Of a stretch of 64,000 bases of DNA, positions 40,339-49,859 are shown piece by piece. Source of the stretch: Rhodopila sp. (lineage in GTDB: Bacteria; Pseudomonadota; Alphaproteobacteria; Acetobacterales; Acetobacteraceae); contig NZ_CBDIBS010000004.1 in assembly GCF_965276935.1 (NCBI RefSeq), forward strand, positions 481,306 to 545,305, written 5' to 3'. A program made the translations under genes and the position numbers. The stretch's first letter is position 1; each line of letters starts with the position of its first letter. The notes beneath the pieces were generated by a model, which was not told the origin of the DNA, did not search any database, and saw only the letters and a program-made list of their open reading frames with translations.

Positions 40339-42513
40339 ATGCCTACAATTTCGCAGCTTCCAGCCGCTGCTTCAGTTGCACCTGCGGACGAGATGCCGAT
40401 AAGTCAAGGTGGCAGCCTCTGCGCCGTATCTGTTGGGGCACTGCTGGCTTCCGCGCAACCGGCAATTTCGATTCAATCATCTGCGCTACTTGGGCGAACC
40501 AGTTTGGGTTCCGGCGGACCCGAGCAGATTGATGTTGGCATTGGACTTACGTTGTCCGGGGGAACGGTCGTCGCCACTGGGGCCGATCATGCAGCTTATC
40601 CTTCGACCTCAAGTTTCGTGCTTAAATCTGATTTGGTGATATCCAGTCAGGGAAGTCAGATGCTCATGCCGACCGAGTTCCTCCGTGAGCTCTTTTCGGC
40701 GGGGCAGAATGTGACCATTGATGGTAACGGTGTAATCTCAAGCGTTACAGGCGGCGCCTCCATCTCGCCCGTTTTGCTTGGTAGCGCCATCGGTGCGCTG
40801 GAAGTTATTTCGTCCTTGGCCGTCGGTGATCTCATTCCGATAAGCCAATCCGGGGCTGATCATGCTATCAAATATGCGGACTTTTTGAACGGTCTTACTA
40901 TTGATCAGGCTCCGTCGGCCCTGCCTGCGTCTAATTCGGATAGGTTGTGGGTTGCGCAAGACGCCAACACCATGGGAAGCCAGAGTTTCGGCGCCATATG
41001 GGCATGGATTTCCAGCCAAATGCCCGGCTACACGATACCTGTAGCTGAGATCACCGTAAGCGTTGGCCTGAATGCCATCGGACATAACGGGCGCATTCTG
41101 GTCTGTAGTCAGCCGGTGACACTAACGCCTCTTCCCGCACAGATGGGAGACGGATTTCAGTGTCAAGTCATTAATGTCAGCAGTGGGAACGTGACGCTTG
41201 GCTCCGGCGTTCTTACCTCGAGCGGAGGCAACATAATTGGGCCACAGCAGTCGGCCGTTGTTCAATGCTTCACGTATTCAGCGGGTACAGTTGTATATGC
41301 TTTAATGTCTCAGGCCTCTGTAGCGGTTGCCATACCGGGTCAGGTAACTGGATTGGTTGCTTCAAGCGTGTCCGCTACAGCCGTAACTTTGTCATGGCAG
41401 ACGCCATTAATCGGTGGCTACCCCTCAAACTACTTGGTGTTCTACAGGCAAACTGGGTCTTCTGGCTGGATCGATAGCCCTAGTGCGATAACAGGAACGA
41501 GCTCTCAGCTAGCCAATCTTCAAGCTGGAACGAGCTACGACTTTCAGGTGCAGGCGGTCAACGGGAGCGGTACGGGAATTGCGTCGCAAAGCTTGACTGC
41601 GTCAACGACAACGGTGTCCGCATTACCGCTCCAAGTACCAGCCCAAGTTACTGGCCTTGCGGCATTGACAGCATCGAGCACAAGCGTACAGCTTTCTTGG
41701 TCTGGGCAAACAGGAAGTAATGCGGCTGCTACTTATTCTATTCAGTACAGGATTACAGGATCTACATCGTGGACGTCGTCTGTATCTGGAATTGCTGGAA
41801 GCAGCTACGGCGTTACTGGCTTACAAGCTTCTACCGGCTACGACTTTTCAATTTTTGGAGTAAATACGGGTGGGGCGGGCTTGGCCTCAGTCGTGGTATC
41901 GGTTACGACTCCGGCTGCTCAACTTTTGGTACCAGGGCAAGTGAGCAATTTTGTAGCGTCGGTCACATCTAGTATTGCCATTCTGCTTTCCTGGTCCACC
42001 CAAACTGGGCCAAATGCCTCAACAAGTTATACAGTTCAATATCGGATGACCGGATCCGCTGCCTGGACATCATCCATCGCCGGGATCGTCGCAGTCAACT
42101 ACAATGTCACAGGTTTACAGCCCTCAACCAGCTATGACTTCTTGGTGTTCGGCGTTAACACGATTGGCGTGGGACCAAGTTCCTCTGTGACCTCAGCTGC
42201 CACGGAGGCAATTGGAACTCCCGTTTCATCAGTAACTTGGAATTTGGGGCCGAGCGGACCTTATACACGCGGCAATGGCACAGTTGCGCTCAATGCTTTT
42301 ATCTCGCCAGCCTCTGCGCCAGTGCAATTTGGTCTGTCTACATCAACTACGATTGAGCCTACTTCCTGGACCGTTGGCCAGTCTATTAATAATACCGCCC
42401 TTTGGGGCGCCTACGTGCCAACCCCGGCTATAGCCGGACGCTGGTATGCCTGGGTAGAGGGCACTGATGGTAGTAGTCCGGCTGTATTCGCGGCGTCATT
42501 CATAGTCCAGTAG
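40339..42513 (+). CDS. Fibronectin type III repeat fibre/adhesin protein
   Basis: Three FN3 repeats (PGQVTGL..LSW..Y.V.YR.TG..W..GL...T.YDF.V..VN) at about 41332-42200. The N-terminus is homologous to the 36904 protein. Confidence 0.8.
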   Translation: MPTISQLPAAASVAPADEMPISQGGSLCAVSVGALLASAQPAISIQSSALLGRTSLGSGGPEQIDVGIGLTLSGGTVVATGADHAAYPSTSSFVLKSDLVISSQGSQMLMPTEFLRELFSAGQNVTIDGNGVISSVTGGASISPVLLGSAIGALEVISSLAVGDLIPISQSGADHAIKYADFLNGLTIDQAPSALPASNSDRLWVAQDANTMGSQSFGAIWAWISSQMPGYTIPVAEITVSVGLNAIGHNGRILVCSQPVTLTPLPAQMGDGFQCQVINVSSGNVTLGSGVLTSSGGNIIGPQQSAVVQCFTYSAGTVVYALMSQASVAVAIPGQVTGLVASSVSATAVTLSWQTPLIGGYPSNYLVFYRQTGSSGWIDSPSAITGTSSQLANLQAGTSYDFQVQAVNGSGTGIASQSLTASTTTVSALPLQVPAQVTGLAALTASSTSVQLSWSGQTGSNAAATYSIQYRITGSTSWTSSVSGIAGSSYGVTGLQASTGYDFSIFGVNTGGAGLASVVVSVTTPAAQLLVPGQVSNFVASVTSSIAILLSWSTQTGPNASTSYTVQYRMTGSAAWTSSIAGIVAVNYNVTGLQPSTSYDFLVFGVNTIGVGPSSSVTSAATEAIGTPVSSVTWNLGPSGPYTRGNGTVALNAFISPASAPVQFGLSTSTTIEPTSWTVGQSINNTALWGAYVPTPAIAGRWYAWVEGTDGSSPAVFAASFIVQ

Positions 42514-42731
42514 GATGAGTGGTAGCGGCTATCGATGGTTCAGCAATTTTTCGCTTGATGTCGTTTGGCGTAGTAGGACGATCGCAGGGAAAGGACTTGA
42601 TGTAAGTGGCAGCGAGGCGAGTGGGGTTTGGGTACCGCAACTTTCACGCCTCAGCAAAAAGAACCTTGGTGGGAGTCGGCTGTTGGCACACGCTTAGCTT
42701 GCATTCCTCACACGAATCAAATTCATTGATG

Positions 42732-43702
42732 CCCTGAGTAGGCGAAGTTCTTCTGCAACAAAGCTTTACCGCTGAGCTGAGACGTTCCCGACACTAATAC
42801 AATGTAATCCAAACCGCTTGGATTTATACCCGTCGGAATCTGTGTGGTTGTTGCGTCTTTTGATGGCGGGCGCATCACGACAGATGCCGGTGTGCCGCTG
42901 CTGGGCGTGGCCAATCGTGTGCTCGGCCTGACCCGCCGCTTTACCGCCTGTTTCGGACATAGCCGTGATTCTGTCTTCGTCGAGCACAGCGTGCAGACGT
43001 TGATTACACAGCGGATTATCGGCATTGCGCTCGGCTACGAGATCTCAACGATCACGACGCACGGCGCCACGATCCGGTGCTGGCGGTGCTGGCCGACAAG
43101 CTCACTGCCACGCGCAGCGATTGCGCCCCGTTGGCCGGCAAGAGCACGTTGAACCGCCTGGAATTCAGCCGCCCGGGCTGCCGGCGCCTCGGGTTGCCCA
43201 GCTTAGCACAGCGGCCGGCCACAGAAGGCTTCCAGCCAATCCGCCGCGCCAGCAAAGCGGTTCAGCAGCGCCACGTCGGAAACGTCGGCAACGCCTGGTT
43301 GCGCGGCAATGGCAGCGAAGGTGCGTAACGTTAATCCGCCGGGGCCGTATACAACTGCAATCTACGCAAATCGCTGACCGACCTGATGTCGCGCGGACGC
43401 CGGAAGCCTTGTGCTCACCGACCGAGCCGGATAACGCGGCGGCGTCGCCAAGCTTGTCAATGAGCTGCTGTAGGTCTAGCGAATCGCTCAGTTGCGTCTC
43501 CAGCCCGAGCATGAAGCACAGAACCAGGCCCAAAGGGAGCCTTTATGTTAGCGCCTATGGGCACAGGCCGGCCATCCACGCCTACGTTGAGACCGGACCT
43601 GCAGGTCATTGGCACCGAACCTGCACCCGCATGACATTGCGGCATAGCGCGAACCGGTGCAAATGCGGCGTTGATAAGCAAGCAAATCCTTGATGATCCG
43701 GG
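42732..43702 (+). pseudogene. IS1380-family transposase remnant; ends approximate
   Basis: ASFDGGRITTDAG, QRIIGIALGYE then frameshift DLNDHD, DCAPLAGKSTLNRLE. The rest is missing or decayed. TGATGATCCGGG at 43691-43702 resembles an IS1380 right end. Confidence 0.8.
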
Positions 43703-43728
43703 GCGGCCGCCCGATCCGCTCCGATGGC

Positions 43729-45192
43729 CTACAAATAACCGGCGCCCGCTTCCTCCGCGAACCGCGCGGGATCGCCTTCCCAGACGACCCGGGAATGCTC
43801 GATCACGTAGACCCGATCGGCGTGCGGCAGAGCAAAGGTCACGTTTTGCTCGCCGAGTAAAACCGTTATGTCGGTCGTCTGCCGCAGGGTTTCCATGGCC
43901 TTTGACAGTTGCTCCAGGATCACCGGCGCAAGCCCGAGTGTCGGCTCGTCCAGCACCAGCAGCTTTGGCTTCATCATCAGCGCGCGGGCGATCGCGAGCA
44001 TCTGCTGCTCACCACCGGACAGGGTACGCGCGACCTGGCCTTGGCGTGCCATAAGAATGGGAAACAGGCTGAACAGCCACTCAAGCTGCGTGGCCGCTTC
44101 CTGCTTGACCAACTGCTGCCCGCCGAGGTCGAGGTTTTCGCGCACGGACATGTCGCCGAACAATTCTCGCGTTTCCGGACATTGCACGATGCCGCCGCGC
44201 GCGATGGCGCCGGCGGTCCGGCCGGCCAGCGCCTCACCCCGCCAGTTAATCATGCCGCTGTGCGGCACCAAGCCAGAGATCGCATTAAACAAGGTCGTCT
44301 TGCCGGCGCCATTCAGCCCGACCACGGAGACGAATTCGCCCTCGCCGACATGCATTGAGACGTCGTCCAGGGCGATCGCCTTACCGTACAGCACGCCAAG
44401 ATTTCGCACATCCAGCAGCGGTGTGCGGTTCTTGCCTTCGCGCTCCGGCCGGGCCGCGGTTTCGATCTTGCCGCCGAGGTAGACCCTGCGCACGGTCTCG
44501 TTGCGCATTACCTCCTCCGCGGTGCCTTCGGCGACACGTTCGCCGAGGTACATCGCTAGTACGCGGTCAACCAGCGCCGCGACGCCCTTGACGTTGTGAT
44601 CGACCAACAGCACCGCGTGCCCCTCGGCACGGAAGCTGTCGATCAGGGTGGAGAAATCCGCCACCTCGGCCGAGGTCAGGCCGGCGAATGGCTCATCGAC
44701 CAGCACGACCTTGGGATTGCGCGCGATTGCCTTGGCCAGTTCCAGCCGTCGCAGGTCAGCGAACGGCAAAGTGCGCGGCAGCCGGTCCACGACCGGCGAC
44801 AGTCCGACCCGGGCGGCGATTTCCTCCGCCCGCCGCGTCACGCCATGGTCGGTTGCCAGCATCAGCAGGTTATCGGGCAGCAGCGCGAGCTTGATGTGCT
44901 CCAGGATCGTCTGCCGGTGCAGCGGGCGGGCATGCTGAAAAACGATGCCGACGCCCTGGCGGGCGATGCGATGGGTTGGCCAGCCGGCGACGTCGAGGCC
45001 GCCAATCTTCACCGTCCCGGCGTTCGGCCGCTCGATCCCCATGATGCACTTCATTACGGTGGATTTGCCGGACCCGTTCGGTCCGATTAGGCCGAGGATT
45101 TCGCCGGCGTTGATCGACAAATCGATATCCTTCACCGCGACCAAACCGCCGAAGCGTTTGGTCAGACCGATAACTTCCAGCAGTGCTGTCAC
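43729..45192 (-). CDS. Branched-chain amino acid-type ABC transporter, fused double ATPase (LivG+LivF)
   Basis: Two Walker A motifs (GPNGSGKS, GLNGAGKT), two Walker B motifs (LVDEP, VLDEP) and LSGGEQQM. Confidence 0.9.
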   Translation of the reverse strand: MTALLEVIGLTKRFGGLVAVKDIDLSINAGEILGLIGPNGSGKSTVMKCIMGIERPNAGTVKIGGLDVAGWPTHRIARQGVGIVFQHARPLHRQTILEHIKLALLPDNLLMLATDHGVTRRAEEIAARVGLSPVVDRLPRTLPFADLRRLELAKAIARNPKVVLVDEPFAGLTSAEVADFSTLIDSFRAEGHAVLLVDHNVKGVAALVDRVLAMYLGERVAEGTAEEVMRNETVRRVYLGGKIETAARPEREGKNRTPLLDVRNLGVLYGKAIALDDVSMHVGEGEFVSVVGLNGAGKTTLFNAISGLVPHSGMINWRGEALAGRTAGAIARGGIVQCPETRELFGDMSVRENLDLGGQQLVKQEAATQLEWLFSLFPILMARQGQVARTLSGGEQQMLAIARALMMKPKLLVLDEPTLGLAPVILEQLSKAMETLRQTTDITVLLGEQNVTFALPHADRVYVIEHSRVVWEGDPARFAEEAGAGYL

Positions 45193-46106
45193 TCGCGGCC
45201 TCCCGCCTGCAGAAGTCGACCCATGAAGCCGCCGGGAAAGAACAGGATCACCACCAACGCGATGGCGGACACCACGAAGGTGGCAAGCTGGCCGAGCGGA
45301 CGTAGGATCTCGCCAGCGCCGATCAGGAAGATTGAGCCCACGGCTGCGCCTACGATCGTCCGGCGCCCGCCCAACACCGCGGCGATGATCACGTTCACGC
45401 CGACGGCAATGTCGACGACGGTGCCGACGGACGCAGTGCCAAGATAGAAGATCAGCATCGCCCCCGCCAAGCCGGAGAAGAAGGCACTGATGCAGAACGC
45501 GGCCAGCTTGTGCTTGGCGACGTTGAAGCCAAGTGCCGCGGCCTCGATCGCATCCTGGCCGCTGGCCTGCAGAATGAGGCCGACTGGAGACTGGGCCAGA
45601 CCATACAGGATGCCGCCGCTGACGGCCATGAAGCCCAGCGCGTAGTAGTAGTTGGTGCTGGCATCAATCGCGAGCACGTCGGGCAGGTCCAGCCCGATCT
45701 CACCTCCGGTAATGCCGGCAAACAGCACCAGCACGTTCTGCAGCAGCAGCACCGCGACCAGCGTGATCAGACCGAAATAAGGTCCGGTTAGACGTAGTGC
45801 CGGCACTGCCAGGACAGCGCCGGCGATCACCGCGGCAACAGCACCGGCCGCGAGGCAGGCGGGGATCGGCCACAGCCAGTAATGGTTGAGCAAAGCCGCG
45901 GTATAGGCGCCGACGCCGATCAGGAAGCTAGGACCAAAGTTGACTTCACCAGCAAAGCCGAACAGCAGGTCCCAGGACATCGCGAACACGGCGTAGTAAT
46001 AGCCGAGCGTCAGCAGGCCGAGGATGTAGCCGTTCACCCCAAGCGGCAGCAGCGCCAACACCAGCAAAGCTGGCACCACCACCTGGAACGTGCGGGATCG
46101 CAGCAT
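45189..46106 (-). CDS. Branched-chain amino acid ABC permease (LivM-like)
   Basis: SWDLLFGFAGEVNFG, LRLTGPYFGLITL, TGGEIG and VLGG. Confidence 0.88.
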   Translation of the reverse strand: MLRSRTFQVVVPALLVLALLPLGVNGYILGLLTLGYYYAVFAMSWDLLFGFAGEVNFGPSFLIGVGAYTAALLNHYWLWPIPACLAAGAVAAVIAGAVLAVPALRLTGPYFGLITLVAVLLLQNVLVLFAGITGGEIGLDLPDVLAIDASTNYYYALGFMAVSGGILYGLAQSPVGLILQASGQDAIEAAALGFNVAKHKLAAFCISAFFSGLAGAMLIFYLGTASVGTVVDIAVGVNVIIAAVLGGRRTIVGAAVGSIFLIGAGEILRPLGQLATFVVSAIALVVILFFPGGFMGRLLQAGGRE

Positions 46107-46109
46107 TGG

Positions 46110-47036
46110 TTACCTCCGCCCCAGCAGGCCCTGCGGCCGCACATAAACCACCGCAATCAGCAGGAGCAGCCCCGGCACCGTGCGAATGGACGGCGAAATC
46201 AGGTAGGCGGTCACGGTTTCCAAATAGCCGACGACATAGGCCGCCATCAATGAGCCGGAGACGCTGCCAAGGCCGCCCAGCACCACGATCGAGAAAGCGC
46301 TGGCGGTCAGCGTGCCGGCGTTGTCGGAGCTCACGCCGAGGAAGGCACCCAGCAGCACCCCGGCAATCCCGGCCAGAACGCCATAGATCGCCCAGACCAG
46401 AACATAGATGCTGGACAGCTCGACGCCCAGCAGCGTCAGGCCGCGCGGGTTCATCGAGGCGGCCAGAAGGGTTTTGCCGGTACGGGTGCGATTGACAAGA
46501 AGATACAGCAGACCGATCGCCGCCCAGGACAGCGCCGCGGTCAAGATTTCGTTCAGTGGCGTGCGCACGCCGAGGATCATGACGACGCCCTCGATCAGCG
46601 GGCGAACGGTCTTCGGGTTGTTGGTGAATTGATATGCCACTGCTTCCTGCAGCATGATGCCCCATAGCAAGGTCGCGGTCAGCACGAAGATCTCCTTTTC
46701 TTCGCGCGGGATCGACGGCGAATTCTGGATCGGCCGCACAATCACTTGGTAGGTAAAGAAGGCGCAGGCCAGGCTCGCGACCACTCCTGCCAGTGCACCT
46801 AGATACGGCCCCGTGCTGAACGTGCCGGCAACCCACCAGGCGATGACCGCGGCCACCACCATGATCGCGCCGTGTGACAGGTTCAACACGCCGGAGACGC
46901 CGAAGATCAGGGTGAAACCGATGGCGCCCAGAGCATAGAGACTGCTGATCGCGAAGCCATCAATCAATATCTGCAGAGCGAGCATGAGCCTCCGTCCGGC
47001 TCGGCCGGTTCCGACGAAACCGCAGGCTTGCACCAT
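46110..47036 (-). CDS. Branched-chain amino acid ABC permease (LivH-like)
   Basis: YALGAIGFTLIFGVSGVLNLSHG, VVLGGLGS and VRPQGLLG. True start is probably near 46985. Confidence 0.88.
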   Translation of the reverse strand: MVQACGFVGTGRAGRRLMLALQILIDGFAISSLYALGAIGFTLIFGVSGVLNLSHGAIMVVAAVIAWWVAGTFSTGPYLGALAGVVASLACAFFTYQVIVRPIQNSPSIPREEKEIFVLTATLLWGIMLQEAVAYQFTNNPKTVRPLIEGVVMILGVRTPLNEILTAALSWAAIGLLYLLVNRTRTGKTLLAASMNPRGLTLLGVELSSIYVLVWAIYGVLAGIAGVLLGAFLGVSSDNAGTLTASAFSIVVLGGLGSVSGSLMAAYVVGYLETVTAYLISPSIRTVPGLLLLIAVVYVRPQGLLGRR

Positions 47037-47218
47037 GATCGCTTGAGGTTACATCTTCGGCAGTGTGCGATCATGGTCTAACTCTTTGTTTGATCGTGAA
47101 TCAGCTATCTGATCTTACTACTGGGCCTTGACGCTGACGCAGCGCCCTGCCTCCGCGAAGGCTCGGCCTAGCATTGCCCACCTGAACCAGCACGGTGCCG
47201 CGGCAGGTCAACCTGACC

Positions 47219-47240
47219 GCCTCCCGCTATGACGGGAGGC
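47219..47240 (-). other. Stem-loop downstream of the substrate-binding protein gene
   Basis: GCCTCCCG-CTATGA-CGGGAGGC perfect 8-bp stem. No U-tract, so an mRNA-stabilising role is more likely than termination. Confidence 0.45.
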
Positions 47241-47282
47241 AAAGTGTCAGCACCAACAGCGGCTGCGAATAATCCGTAAAGG

Positions 47283-48542
47283 TTATTGCGCAAAATGGAT
47301 AAAGGACGGGAAAGTCATCTTGCCAGTGGCGACATTGGCGGGCCATACGGTGACCGGGTTGCCGTTCTGCCATTGAACCATTAGTCCAGTGATGTAGCCG
47401 TCACCAATCCTCATGCCGTGAGCGAAAATGCTGGTTTTTGGCAGGAACTCGACGCGCCCGATCGTGCCGACGTAGTCGGTCTGCTCCATCGCCGTGACAA
47501 TTTTATCGGGATCGGTACTGCCGGCTTTGCGGATGGCGTCCGTCCACATATAGACATCGTCATAAGAGGTGTAGGCGGCATATCCGGGCAGGTTGCCGTA
47601 TTTCGCCTGGTAGTTTTTGGCGAAGGGAATCGTTTTTGGCGTCACCGCCACATCAGGTGCCGAAGCCATGTTGAAGATTACGCCGTTGGTCGCGCCATTG
47701 GTGTCTTTCCAGAAGGTGCTGTTGGTGGCCTGGCTGGAAACACCATACATTGGTATTGGCACCTGCTGCTGCTGCCACTGCACCGTCGGCTGAACGCCGA
47801 CATGGCTGATGCCGGTGACGATCACGTCGGGCTTCTCACCTTCGATCTTGTTGAAGATCGGTGTGAAGTCGGTGGTGTCGGGGGACAGACGGATATGGTC
47901 CAGCACCTTCAGGCCATTGGCCGGCAGGCACTTCAGGTATTCCTCATCCAGCGGGATTGTCCAGGCGGCATCCTCGCTCATGACGACCGAGGTCTTCATA
48001 TGCAGGTCGCTGACCAGCAGCGTCTTGGACGCTTCGCAAACGATGTCGGCGATCTGGGTTGAGGCGAGATAGCCGTGGAAGACGTATTTCATGTGATCGT
48101 AGTCGTCGTGCACACGCTTGGTGATGTCGTTACTTGCCGCGCCGGGCGTGATCATCGGCATGTGCAGCCGGCCAGCCCAAGGCTCTAGCGCCAGCACCAC
48201 TTCGCTGATGTAACTGGCGATGACAGCGCTGACCTTGTCCTCCTGTGCGGCGCGCTGGAATGCCCGTACCGCATCGGTGGCGGAGTTATGGTCGTCGTAG
48301 GAAACGATCTCGATCATGCGGCCATTGATGCCGCCCTTGGCGTTGATCTCGTCGGCGGCCATTTTGGCGGCGTTGGGAATGCCCACGCCGCTGATCGCCG
48401 AGGTTTCGGCGATGACGCCGATCTTGATCGGATCGGCCGCCCAGGCGGCCGGGGACGCGATCGCGCAGCCAAGTAACTCGCCGAGCAAGGCGATCCTGTG
48501 TGAAATCCGCATGGTCCGCTTCCTGTCTTCATTGCCATCCAT
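47283..48542 (-). CDS. ABC transporter substrate-binding protein (Leu/Ile/Val-binding family)
   Basis: Signal peptide, IKIGVIAE, AADEINAKGGINGR.IE..YDD. True start is probably near 48512. Confidence 0.88.
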   Translation of the reverse strand: MDGNEDRKRTMRISHRIALLGELLGCAIASPAAWAADPIKIGVIAETSAISGVGIPNAAKMAADEINAKGGINGRMIEIVSYDDHNSATDAVRAFQRAAQEDKVSAVIASYISEVVLALEPWAGRLHMPMITPGAASNDITKRVHDDYDHMKYVFHGYLASTQIADIVCEASKTLLVSDLHMKTSVVMSEDAAWTIPLDEEYLKCLPANGLKVLDHIRLSPDTTDFTPIFNKIEGEKPDVIVTGISHVGVQPTVQWQQQQVPIPMYGVSSQATNSTFWKDTNGATNGVIFNMASAPDVAVTPKTIPFAKNYQAKYGNLPGYAAYTSYDDVYMWTDAIRKAGSTDPDKIVTAMEQTDYVGTIGRVEFLPKTSIFAHGMRIGDGYITGLMVQWQNGNPVTVWPANVATGKMTFPSFIHFAQ

Positions 48543-48757
48543 CGCCGTCTTGCCGGCGAGCAGACGCTAAATGCTGGATTGCGCTCAGAGTTGCAACAAC
48601 CAATCGTGTCAAAACGACCACTACGCATTGACCTAGAATTGATCACGGAGAGACACGTCTTGTTGCGGGTACTTTCCAAACCGGCTGCGCTGAAAGCCAA
48701 ACCGCCCGGCGTCAGCCGGATGACCGCGCCAGCCTTGCGGCGTCATGGCGGGATTTG

Positions 48758-48785
48758 CTGACCGTCCCTGATTCGCGACGGTCAG
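48758..48785 (-). terminator. Stem-loop after the cbbR stop
   Basis: CTGACCGTC-N10-GACGGTCAG immediately downstream of cbbR. Confidence 0.4.
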
Positions 48786-48789
48786 TTGC

Positions 48790-49767
48790 CTAGAGGGCTT
48801 GAGCATCTCCTGCCCCCCATCCAGCCTTCGGCAGAAACTGTGCGCCGGACCACGCGAAATGGTTCCACAGCGCCTGTGCCGCGGGAAGCAGGCGCCGCTC
48901 CGCGCGTCGCACGACGAACCACTGGCGGACGATCGGCAAGCCCGCCACATCCAGCACCGCCAGCCGACCGTCCGCCGCCTCCGCCGCGATCGTGTGGGCG
49001 GAGAGCAACGCCACCCCCATGCCAGCCATCACCGCCTGCTTGATCGTCTCATTGCCGCCGATTTCCATTCGCGGTCCGGCCGGCATCCCCGATGCGGCAA
49101 ACAGCCCAAGCATCAGATTGCGCGTGCCGGATCCCAGTTCGCGCAGCAGGAAAAGTTCCTGCGCGACCTCCTCCAGCGGAATGTTCGCTCGCTTGGTAAG
49201 CCGGTGACCGGGGGGTGCTATGATGACATGCGGATGGTCGCCGATGATCGCCCGCTCGACCGGAAGGTGTTCCGGCGGGTAACCCATCACCGCGACATCC
49301 AAATCAAACCGCTCCAGCGCGGCGATCATCTCCGCCCGGTTGCCCACCAGCACCCGCATTTCGACATTTGGATATGTACGCTGGTATGCCGCGAGCGCGA
49401 AAGGGACAAAATATTCCGCCGTGCTGATAACCCCAACGGCGACCCGTCCCCCCTCCATGCCACGCAGCGCGTCGATCGCCGTGACACAATTCGCCAGCGC
49501 CGCTTCAATACGCTCTAGCGCGGCAAGCACCTCGCGTCCGGCTTCGGTGGGCCGAGCGCCGGTGGCAGTGCGTTCAAACAGCGGGACGCCGCCGAGCGCA
49601 TCCTCCAGCAGATGGAGTTGTTGCGTCACCGCCGGCGGGGTCACGGATAACAGTTGCGCCGCGGCCGAAAGGCTTTTGGTGCTGGTCACGGCACCCAATG
49701 CGCGTAACTGGCGCAGCGACGTTCGTCGTGGAAAATTTACAAGATTTTCTTTCATTGACACCAACAT
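48790..49767 (-). CDS. cbbR: LysR-type regulator of the Calvin cycle operon
   Basis: SLRQLRAL..SLSAAAQLLSVTPPAVTQQL HTH, GVISTAEYFVP, RELGSGTR and GNETIKQAVMAGMG. Divergent from cbbF. Start at 49767 or 49755. Confidence 0.9.
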   Translation of the reverse strand: MLVSMKENLVNFPRRTSLRQLRALGAVTSTKSLSAAAQLLSVTPPAVTQQLHLLEDALGGVPLFERTATGARPTEAGREVLAALERIEAALANCVTAIDALRGMEGGRVAVGVISTAEYFVPFALAAYQRTYPNVEMRVLVGNRAEMIAALERFDLDVAVMGYPPEHLPVERAIIGDHPHVIIAPPGHRLTKRANIPLEEVAQELFLLRELGSGTRNLMLGLFAASGMPAGPRMEIGGNETIKQAVMAGMGVALLSAHTIAAEAADGRLAVLDVAGLPIVRQWFVVRRAERRLLPAAQALWNHFAWSGAQFLPKAGWGAGDAQAL

Positions 49768-49783
49768 AAAAATATTTTCTTTC
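49744..49783. promoter_or_regulatory. Putative CbbR operator
   Basis: ATTTTCTTTC at 49744 and 49774 (30-bp period) in an AT-rich island between the divergent cbbR and cbbF. Confidence 0.5.
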
Positions 49784-49859
49784 GTTTGATAAACCCGATA
49801 GGTTTCACCTGCAAGACGAAGGCAATCGGTCGACGGATCTGCCTGGGGAGAAAGCCGGT

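Larger units (their letters stand above)
17916..42513 (+). mobile_element. Structure-only phage-like cluster with head and contractile tail (candidate domesticated GTA-like element)
   Basis: About 25 co-oriented, often translationally coupled ORFs from terminase to fibres. No integrase, repressor, replication or lysis gene recognised in the window. Confidence 0.85.

Noticed and set aside
17916-42513. Ordinary inducible temperate prophage
   Set aside because: No integrase, repressor, replication or lysis genes, no att-like direct repeats and no tRNA at the borders were found. An ancient truncated prophage cannot be fully excluded.
43165-43533. 122-aa minus-strand ORF inside the IS1380 scar
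   Set aside because: No recognisable family or RBS, and it lies in rearranged DNA. It cannot be supported as a gene.
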